A DNA stretch of 64,000 bases from Alphaproteobacteria bacterium (GTDB lineage Bacteria > Pseudomonadota > Alphaproteobacteria > UBA7887). The stretch spans positions 2,953,166 through 3,017,165 of the forward strand of contig OZ241745.1 in assembly GCA_965201115.1 (NCBI GenBank), given 5' to 3'. The translations under genes and the position numbers were made by a program. Positions 57,269 to 64,000 of the stretch are shown here, piece by piece. The notes below the pieces were generated by a model. The model saw only the letters and a program-made list of their open reading frames with translations, ran no database searches and was not told the origin of the DNA. Positions within the stretch are counted from its first letter, which is position 1. Every line of letters begins with the position of its first letter.

Positions 57269-58026
57269 CGGCGCTCCGAAGCCGCCGGCGCCGCGCCCCC
57301 GCGCGCGGCGGCTTGCCCGGCGATGGCCGCCAAGGCCTTGGCGGGAACCTCCGCGACGGCGCCGGGCGGCAGGGCGCCGAGTTCGAACGGACCGTAGGCG
57401 ATGCGGATCAGCCGGCTTACCCGCAGGCCGAACAAGGCGAACAATTTGCGCAATTCGCGGTTGCGGCCCTCGCGCAGCGCAACCGTATGCCAGCGGTTGC
57501 GGCCGCTGCCGCCGGCGAGTTCCGCCGATACCGGCCCGTAAGACACGCCGCCGGCCCGCGCGCCTTCCGCCAGCCGGGCGCGCGCCGCCGCGTCCAGCGC
57601 GCCATCGGCGCGCACCCGGTAGCGGCGCACGAGGCCCGTCGCCGGCAGTTCCAGGCGCCTCGCGAGCGCGCCGTCGTTGGTCAGCAGCAAAAGCCCTTCC
57701 GAGGCGATGTCGAGGCGCCCCACCGAGACCACGCGCGGGAGATGCGCCGGCAGGCGCTCGAAAACGGTCGGGCGGCCGCGCTCGTCGGCATGAGTCGTCG
57801 CCAGTCCGCGCGGCTTGCAATAGCGCCAGAGCCGCGCGCGGGCCGGTGGGGGCACGGGCGCGCCATCGACCGTAACGCGGTCTTCCGGGCGGACGGTAAC
57901 CGCCGGGCCCGCGAGCACGGCGCCGTTGACCGTCACCCGCCCGGCGGCGATGCGCCGCTCGGCCTCGCGCCGCGAGCATATGCCGGCGCGGGCGATGCGC
58001 CGGGCGACGCGCTCGCCGCCGCTCAC
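57265..58026 (-). CDS. Pseudouridine synthase, RsuA/RluB family (S4 domain plus catalytic domain)
   Basis: S4 ERVARRIARAGICSRREAERRIAAGRVTVNG; catalytic VGRLDIASEGLLLLTNDG. Confidence 0.75.
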   Translation of the reverse strand: MSGGERVARRIARAGICSRREAERRIAAGRVTVNGAVLAGPAVTVRPEDRVTVDGAPVPPPARARLWRYCKPRGLATTHADERGRPTVFERLPAHLPRVVSVGRLDIASEGLLLLTNDGALARRLELPATGLVRRYRVRADGALDAAARARLAEGARAGGVSYGPVSAELAGGSGRNRWHTVALREGRNRELRKLFALFGLRVSRLIRIAYGPFELGALPPGAVAEVPAKALAAIAGQAAARGGAAPAASERR

Positions 58027-58766
58027 GCGGGCGCGCCCATCCGTTCGCGGCACGCCGCCGCGAACGCCGCGAACAGCGCCCGGTCGCCGCGCGTAATCAG
58101 AAACTCGGGGTGCCACTGCACGCCGATGCAAAAGCGCGCGCCGGGCAGTTCGATGCCCTCGATCACGCCGTCGGGCGCGGCGGCGTCGATCGCCGCGCCG
58201 GGGGCCGGCTCCGCCACCGCCTGGTGGTGCGCGCTGTTCACCTCCAGCGCATCGGCGCCGACAATGGCGCGCAGGCGCGTCCCCGGAACGATGGCCACCT
58301 CGTGGCCGGGCTCGTCGCGCGGGTTGGGTTGCTCATGCGCCAGCGCGCCGGGGACCGCGTCGGGGATATGCTGGATCAACGTGCCGCCCAGCGCCACGTT
58401 CAGCAATTGCGCGCCGCCGCAAATGCCGAGCAGCGGCATGTCCGCCGCCACCGCCGCGCGCGTCGCGGCGAGCTCGAAAGCGGTGCGGCGGTCCTTCGTC
58501 GTCACGCTGTCGTGGCGGCCGCCGGCGCCGTAAAGCGCGGGATCCACATCGAACGCGCCGCCGGTGACGACCAGCCCGTCGATGCGGGCAAGGAGCGCCC
58601 CGGCGCACTCGGGCTCGTGCGGCAGCGCGACCGCCAGCGCGCCGGCCTCGCGCAGCGCCCCGGCGTAATTGCGCCGCAGCGCATACCACGGAAATTTCGA
58701 GTATCCCCCGGCGGGTTCGCTGTCGAGGGTCACGCCGACCAGCGGCGGTCGTCCGGCTTCGGCCAT
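58023..58766 (-). CDS. Gamma-glutamyl-gamma-aminobutyrate hydrolase family / class I glutamine amidotransferase (PuuD-like)
   Basis: GICGGAQLLNVALGGTL...HH...VQWHPE. Confidence 0.75.
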   Translation of the reverse strand: MAEAGRPPLVGVTLDSEPAGGYSKFPWYALRRNYAGALREAGALAVALPHEPECAGALLARIDGLVVTGGAFDVDPALYGAGGRHDSVTTKDRRTAFELAATRAAVAADMPLLGICGGAQLLNVALGGTLIQHIPDAVPGALAHEQPNPRDEPGHEVAIVPGTRLRAIVGADALEVNSAHHQAVAEPAPGAAIDAAAPDGVIEGIELPGARFCIGVQWHPEFLITRGDRALFAAFAAACRERMGAPA

Positions 58767-58783
58767 GCCGCAAAGAATAGGCT

Positions 58784-59350
58784 ATGCTGGCGCGCGTGTA
58801 CAAGCGGCGCATCGACCCGATGGCCGCCGCGCTGGCCGAGGCGCGGGCGGCGGGGGCGCGCGGGGAGGTTCCCGTCGGCGCCGCGGTGGCCGCGCCCGAC
58901 GGCGCGCTCCTGGCCGTGGCGGGCAATCGGACGGAAGCGCTTTGCGACCCGACCGCCCACGCGGAAATGCTTGCCTTGCGCGCCGCCGCCGCGCGCCTCG
59001 CCTCGCCCCGGCTCGCGGGTTGCGATCTTTACGTCACGCTCGAACCCTGCCCGATGTGCGCGCAAGCCGCGTCGTTCGCCCGTATCCGCCGCGTCTATTA
59101 CGGCTGCGCGGACCCGAAAGGCGGCGGCATAGACAACGGGCCGCGCGTTTACGCCCACGCCTCGTGCCATTGCCGCCCGGAAGTGTACGGCGGCATCGGC
59201 GAGGCCGAGGCTGCGCGGCTGTTGCGCGCGTTTTTTGCCGCGCGCCGCCGGACGGGCGGGGTAGCCGGATCCTCCGGGACCGGGGGGCCGCGCCGGCGGC
59301 GGCCGGTCTTCGCGGGCGGTTGCCCCGCGCGGGATTCCGGGGCACAATGA
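58784..59350 (+). CDS. tadA: tRNA adenosine(34) deaminase
   Basis: HAEMLALRAAA...TLEPCPMCAQA zinc-binding CDA motifs. Low-complexity C-terminal extension, so the true stop may be earlier. Confidence 0.8.
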   Translation: MLARVYKRRIDPMAAALAEARAAGARGEVPVGAAVAAPDGALLAVAGNRTEALCDPTAHAEMLALRAAAARLASPRLAGCDLYVTLEPCPMCAQAASFARIRRVYYGCADPKGGGIDNGPRVYAHASCHCRPEVYGGIGEAEAARLLRAFFAARRRTGGVAGSSGTGGPRRRRPVFAGGCPARDSGAQ

Positions 59351-59383
59351 GCGCCCTTCCCCGCCAATCGGAGGACCGAAAAC

Positions 59384-59854
59384 ATGATCCGCCCGTTCAG
59401 GATTTGCCGCGCGGCCGCCGGGGCTTTCGCGGCCGCCGCTCTGCTCGCGGGGGCGGCCCACGCCGCCGACGAGCCCGCGAACATCATCAAGTACCGGCAG
59501 AACGTCATGAAGTCGGTGGGCGCCAACATCTCGAACCTGGCGATGGTGGCCAAGGGCGAAATCTCGACCTTGGCGAACGCGCCCTCGAACGCGCAGGCCA
59601 TTCGCGACGGCCTCGGCGCCGCCGGCCCGCTGTTCCCTGAGGGAACCGGCGCCGAGGCCGGCAAGACGCGCACCCTGCCGGCCGTATGGGAGCGTTCCGG
59701 CGAATTCGTCGAGTCCATGAAGAAATCCATCGCGGCCGCCGACGCGATGATCGTCGCCGCGAATTCGGGCGAACTCGGCCAGATCCAGCAGGCGCTCGGC
59801 GCTCTCGGAAAGACCTGCGGAGGTTGCCACGACAATTTCCGCGAGAAGCAATAG
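59384..59854 (+). CDS. Cytochrome c-prime (class II cytochrome c, C-terminal CxxCH)
   Basis: Signal peptide, four-helix-bundle sequence, C-terminal GKTCGGCHDNFREKQ. Confidence 0.8.
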   Translation: MIRPFRICRAAAGAFAAAALLAGAAHAADEPANIIKYRQNVMKSVGANISNLAMVAKGEISTLANAPSNAQAIRDGLGAAGPLFPEGTGAEAGKTRTLPAVWERSGEFVESMKKSIAAADAMIVAANSGELGQIQQALGALGKTCGGCHDNFREKQ

Positions 59855-59855
59855 C

Positions 59856-60800
59856 CGCGCGCTTCTCGCCGCGGGCGCGCTGGCGGCGCTGGCCGCCGCC
59901 GCGCCCGCGGTTTCCGCGGACACGGCGGATGGCGGCGCGCTTGCCGATTCGCGCGCCCGCGGCGCGTATCTGATTCGCGCCGGCGGCTGCGTCGGCTGCC
60001 ATACCGACCATGCGAGCGGCGCGCCGCTCGCCGGCGGCGGGGCCGTCCCCTCGCCGTTCGGCGCGTTTTATGCGCCGAATATCACGCCGCACGCCGAACA
60101 CGGGCTCGGCGGCTGGAGCGAGGCGGATTTCGTGCGCGCCATGCGCTGGGGGATCGCGCCCAACGGCGCGCCCTACTACCCGGCTTTCCCCTACGTCGCC
60201 TATAGCGGCCTGACGCGGCGCGACCTCGCCGACATGTGGAGTTATCTGAGCGCGCTGGAGGGCGTCGAGCGCCCGAATCGGCCGCACGAACTTGCCTTTC
60301 CGTTCGGCTTCCGCCCGCTGGTCACGGGCTGGCAGTTCCTGTTCTTCGCGCCGCGGCATTGGCGCGCGGAAGCCGGACGGAGCGAACGCTGGAACCGCGG
60401 CGCCTATCTCTCGCGCCACCTGCTCCACTGCGCCGAGTGCCATACCGGCCGCAACCCCTTGGGCGCCTTGGCGATCGGCATGGACTACGCCGGGCACAAG
60501 GGCATCGCCGACGAGGGAACAGTGCCGAACATCACGCCGCACGAGACCGGGATAGCCGACTGGAGCGAAGGCGATATCGTCTGGCTGCTGAAAACCGGCT
60601 TCACGCCCGAAGGAGACGACGTGCAGGGCAGCATGGCCGCGCTGGTGCGCCACGGCTCGAGCCATCTGGGCGACGACGACCTGGGCGCGGTCGCGGAATA
60701 CGTGCTGAGCCTGCCGCCCATCGACAACCGCGTCCGCGGGGAGCCGGCGGAGACCGCCGCCCAAGGCGCCGACGAGGACTACGATTACGACTTCCAATAA
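59856..60800 (+). CDS. Dihaem c-type cytochrome (CVGCH and CAECH motifs) with signal peptide; start codon unresolved
   Basis: Frame 0 is open from upstream. Encodes ...SRALLAAGALAALAAAAPAVSADT...GGCVGCH...HCAECH.... No ATG/GTG/TTG precedes the signal peptide; the only candidate is ATT at 59835. Confidence 0.6.
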   Translation, partial: RALLAAGALAALAAAAPAVSADTADGGALADSRARGAYLIRAGGCVGCHTDHASGAPLAGGGAVPSPFGAFYAPNITPHAEHGLGGWSEADFVRAMRWGIAPNGAPYYPAFPYVAYSGLTRRDLADMWSYLSALEGVERPNRPHELAFPFGFRPLVTGWQFLFFAPRHWRAEAGRSERWNRGAYLSRHLLHCAECHTGRNPLGALAIGMDYAGHKGIADEGTVPNITPHETGIADWSEGDIVWLLKTGFTPEGDDVQGSMAALVRHGSSHLGDDDLGAVAEYVLSLPPIDNRVRGEPAETAAQGADEDYDYDFQ

Positions 60801-60837
60801 CCGCGCCGATGGCGCGGACCGGCGGACGGAGGGGGCG

Positions 60838-61626
60838 ATGGAAGAGCGTTTCGGGGGCCGCGCGGCGATCGTAACCGGCGCCGGTTCGGGGATCGGCAGG
60901 GAGACCGCGCTGACGCTCGCGCGCGGCGGCGCCCATGTGCTGGCGGCGGACCGCAACGCCGAAGGCGCGGAGGAGACCGCGCGGCGCGGCAACGGGCCGG
61001 GGCGCATCGAGGTTCTGGAAGCCGACGTGACCGGGGACGACGCGCCGGAGCGCATCGTTTCCGCCTGCCGCGACGCGTTCGGCGCGCCGCGCATACTGGT
61101 CAACAACGCCGGCGTCGGCGACGCGCGCGCGGCGCATCTGACCGGCGACGACGCGCTCGACCGCTATCTCGATGTGAATTTGCGCGCGCTGTTCCGGCTG
61201 TCGCGCGCCGGCGTGCGTGCGATGCTGGCGGAAGGCGGCGGGGGCGCCATCGTCAATATCGCGTCGATTTTCGGCGTCACGGGCTTCCGCGGCAGTTCCG
61301 CGTATTCGGCGACGAAGGCGGCGGTTATCGGCCTCACCCGCAACATGGCGGCCGATTACGGCCCGCGCGGGATCCGCGTCAACGCCGTCGCGCCCGGCAT
61401 TATCGCCACGCCGCTCACGGAGGGCAGGATCGCGTCCAACCCGTGGTTCGCCGACGCGCTGATCGGCGGCACGCCCCTCGGCCGCCCCGGCCGCCCGGAG
61501 GAGGTCGCCGCCGCCATCGCGTTCCTGTGTTCCGACGATGCTTCGTTCGTCAACGGTCACGTCCTCGCGGTGGACGGAGGGTTCGGCGCTACGCATTTCC
61601 GCCCCCGGCCCGAAGACGCCGATTGA
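60838..61626 (+). CDS. SDR family oxidoreductase
   Basis: AAIVTGAGSGIG...NNAG...SAYSATKAAV motifs. Confidence 0.8.
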   Translation: MEERFGGRAAIVTGAGSGIGRETALTLARGGAHVLAADRNAEGAEETARRGNGPGRIEVLEADVTGDDAPERIVSACRDAFGAPRILVNNAGVGDARAAHLTGDDALDRYLDVNLRALFRLSRAGVRAMLAEGGGGAIVNIASIFGVTGFRGSSAYSATKAAVIGLTRNMAADYGPRGIRVNAVAPGIIATPLTEGRIASNPWFADALIGGTPLGRPGRPEEVAAAIAFLCSDDASFVNGHVLAVDGGFGATHFRPRPEDAD

Positions 61627-61652
61627 AGGGATCGCGCCGCGGCCGCCGCCTT

Positions 61653-63013
61653 TCAGTAGGCGTGCGTCTCGAACATGGGCTCCACGCGCTCGCCCCATTC
61701 GCCGTAATAGGAATCGAGCAGTGCGCGGGCGGGGCAGCGGCCCGACTCCACGATGGAATCGAGGAGGTTCAGAAAGCCCGTTTCATCGGCCCCGCCGCGA
61801 TCGAGGCGCGCGCGGCGGCGCAGGCCGCCGCGCGCGATGGCGAGCGCGTCGCGCGCAATGTCGCGCATGGCGCGGCCGCCATGCGCCGCTCTGAGGCCGT
61901 CGCGCGCGGCCGCGTCGCGCAGGCCCGATACATCCTCATGGGTCCAGCCCTCGATCAGCGCCGCGGCCTCCGCAAGCGCCGCGCGATCGTAGAGCAGCCC
62001 CACCCAGAACGCCGGCAGCGCGCACAACATGCGCCACGGGCCGCCGTCGGCGCCGCGCATCTCCAGATAGCGCTTCAAGCGTACGTCGGTGAAGATCGTG
62101 GTCAGGTGGTCTTCCCAATCGGCCAGCGTCGGGCGCTCGCCGGGCAGTTCGGGAAGCCTTCCCGCCAGGAAATCGCGGAACGACCGCCCCGCCGCATCGA
62201 CGTAGCGCCCGCCGCGGCGCACGAAATACATGGGCACGTCCAGCGCGTATTCCGCCCAGGCCTCGAAACCCATGCCGCTCTCGAACACGAAGGCGGGAAC
62301 GCCGCAGCGATCGGGGTCGGTATGGGACCACACATGCGTGCGGTAGCTCATGAAGCCGCTCGGCCGCCCGTCGACGAACGGCGAGTTGGCGAACAGCGCG
62401 GCGGCGACCGGCTGCAAGGCGAGGCCGACGCGGAACTTCCGCACCATGTCGGCCTCGGATTCGAAATCGAGATTGGTCTGCACCGTGCAGGTGCGCAGCA
62501 TCATGTCGAGGCCGAGGCGGCCCTTGCGCGGCATGTAGGCGCGCATGATCGCGTAGCGCGCCTTCGGCATGACGGGGATCTCGCCGCGCCGCCATTTCGG
62601 CTGCATGCCGGCGCCGAGAAAGGCGATGCCCATCTCGTCGCCGAGCGCGCGCAATTCGTCGAGATGGCGGGTGGCTTCGTCGCATGTGCCGTGGACGGTC
62701 TCGAGCGGCGCGCCCGACAGTTCGAGCTGGCCGCCGGGCTCGAGGGTAATCGACTGCCCGTCGAGCGTGAGCGCGATCGCCTTGCCGCCCTCCATCGCGG
62801 GGCGCCAGCCGCGTTGCGCAAGGCGCGCGAACAGGGCCGCGATCCCGTCCTTCCCGTCGTAGGGAAGAGGCGAAAGGTCCGCGCGGCGGTAGCCGATTTT
62901 TCGTGCTCGGTGCCGATGCGCCATTGGCGTTCCGGCTTGCAGCCGGACTCGAGCCAGGCGACGAGCCGGGATACGTCGCCGATGGGCGCGGCGGGTTCTG
63001 TTTCGGCGGCCAT
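61653..63013 (-). pseudogene. gshA: Glutamate--cysteine ligase (GCS2, plant/alphaproteobacterial type), reading frame broken by a 1-nt indel near 62897-62903
   Basis: N-terminus MAAETEPAAPIGDVSRLVAWLESGCKPERQWRIGTEHEK in ORF 62501..63013. Continuation (I/F)GYRRADLSPLPYDGKDG... in ORF 61653..62924, a different frame. Junction at an A5/T5 run (ccgatttttcg). Confidence 0.75.
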
Positions 63014-63189
63014 TCGGTCTCCCGGCCGAGCGGGCCGCGGAGGCGGCCGGACCTTGGCCTCATATACCCCTCGCGCGTCGCCGCCGCAATCCCGCCTGCG
63101 CCGCGTCGTTTGCGCCCGGCCTCGGCGCGCGCTACGCTTTGCGGCGCAAACGGGACCGCTCCGGGCGCGCCGTTGCGGCGGGGGCCGTC

Positions 63190-64000
63190 ATGTTCGACAG
63201 CGTTCTGATCGCCAATCGCGGCGAGATCGCGTGCCGCGTCGCGCGCGCCTGCCGCGCGCTGGGCCTGCGCGCCGTAGCCGTCCATTCCGATGCCGATGCC
63301 GGCGCGATGCACGTCGCCGCGGCCGACGCCGCCGAACCCATCGGCCCGGCGCCCCCGCGCGCGAGCTATCTGAACGCCGAAGCGCTGCTCGCGGCCGCGC
63401 GCCGCGCCGGGGCGGGCGCGGTTCATCCGGGTTACGGGTTTCTCGCCGAGAGCGCCGATTTCGCGCGCCGCGTCGAGGCGGCGGGCCTCGCCTGGATCGG
63501 CCCCGCGCCCGAGACCATTGCCGACATGGGCGACAAGGAGCGCGCGCGGCGCATCGCCGAGGGGGCGGGGGTTCCCGTCCTGCCCGGCAGCCCGCGCTTT
63601 CCGCCGGCCGATCTTGCGCAACTGGCGGCGGCCGGCGCGGCGGCGGGCTATCCGCTTCTCGTCAAGGCGGCCGCGGGCGGCGGCGGCATCGGCATGAGGC
63701 GCGTCGATGGGCCGGGCGACCTCGAGCGCGGCGCCGAAGCGGCGCGGTCGATGGCGCGGCGCGCGTTCGGCGATGACGGGATTTACCTCGAGCGCCTCGT
63801 CGCGCCCGCGCGCCATGTGGAGGTCCAGGTCTTCGGCTTCGGCGATGGCCGCGCCGTTCATCTGTTCGAGCGCGAATGTTCCGTGCAGCGCCGCTTCCAG
63901 AAAATTGTCGAGGAAGCGCCGGCGCCGGGTCTCGACGATGGCGCGCGGCGGGCGCTGGCCGAGGCGGCGCTCGCGCTCGCCCGCGCCGTGCGTTACCGCG
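63190..64000 (+). CDS. Biotin carboxylase (ATP-grasp) domain of a biotin-dependent carboxylase; partial, continues beyond the window
   Basis: MFDSVLIANRGEIACRVARACRALGLRAVAVHSDAD...YPLLVKAAAGGGGIGMRRV. No stop in the window. Confidence 0.8.
   Translation, partial: MFDSVLIANRGEIACRVARACRALGLRAVAVHSDADAGAMHVAAADAAEPIGPAPPRASYLNAEALLAAARRAGAGAVHPGYGFLAESADFARRVEAAGLAWIGPAPETIADMGDKERARRIAEGAGVPVLPGSPRFPPADLAQLAAAGAAAGYPLLVKAAAGGGGIGMRRVDGPGDLERGAEAARSMARRAFGDDGIYLERLVAPARHVEVQVFGFGDGRAVHLFERECSVQRRFQKIVEEAPAPGLDDGARRALAEAALALARAVRYR

Noticed and set aside
61443-63776. 777-aa plus-strand ORF, and 641-aa minus-strand ORF 61936..63861
   Set aside because: Shadow ORFs over gshA and the biotin carboxylase region, Arg/Ala-rich.

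Overview
This window is 64 kb of a very GC-rich (about 70% GC) proteobacterial chromosome. It is most likely an alphaproteobacterium, judging from the PhaR repressor, the uvrC-pgsA-mobB-moeA-moaD-moaE gene order and a plant/alpha-type GshA; this is inference from gene content only. Core blocks are xseA, an M23 peptidase, an LpxL-like acyltransferase and phaR; a CDGSH protein; a CoA-transferase/GST pair; an MFS transporter; the molybdopterin cluster; uvrC; a TonB-dependent receptor; a PepSY protein, galE and tRNA-Ala(GGC); SDR genes; metY; a MoxR/DUF58/BatD-like/BatA/BatB/BatC operon; cofC-cofD; rsmD, a pseudouridine synthase, tadA, cytochromes c, gshA and a biotin carboxylase (partial at the right edge). 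Between them sit accessory islets. (1) An NHLP-leader RiPP precursor lies at the left edge. (2) An RES/Xre-like toxin-antitoxin pair and a VapBC-like cassette sit next to an IS110 copy and an Rpn/YhgA-like nuclease. (3) A giant repeat-rich autotransporter of about 7.9 kb is preceded by an 18-nt poly-C tract and is split by a +1 frameshift at a 70-bp tandem duplication. (4) A lower-GC 5.3-kb island encodes one small P-loop GTPase, a TerB-like protein, a membrane-anchored coiled-coil protein and two dynamin-like GTPases; it is bounded by REP elements and an IS1380 copy and is a candidate LeoABC/Eleos-like membrane-remodelling or antiphage system. (5) A family of 80-100 bp double-hairpin REP/MITE repeats occurs at seven or more loci, including a 650-bp array. 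Apparent single-base frame breaks (autotransporter 5-prime end and middle, gshA) and a dihaem cytochrome gene with no canonical start mean either pseudogenisation/phase variation or sequencing errors. Coordinates derived from raw sequence rather than ORF-track arithmetic may be off by 1-2 nt.
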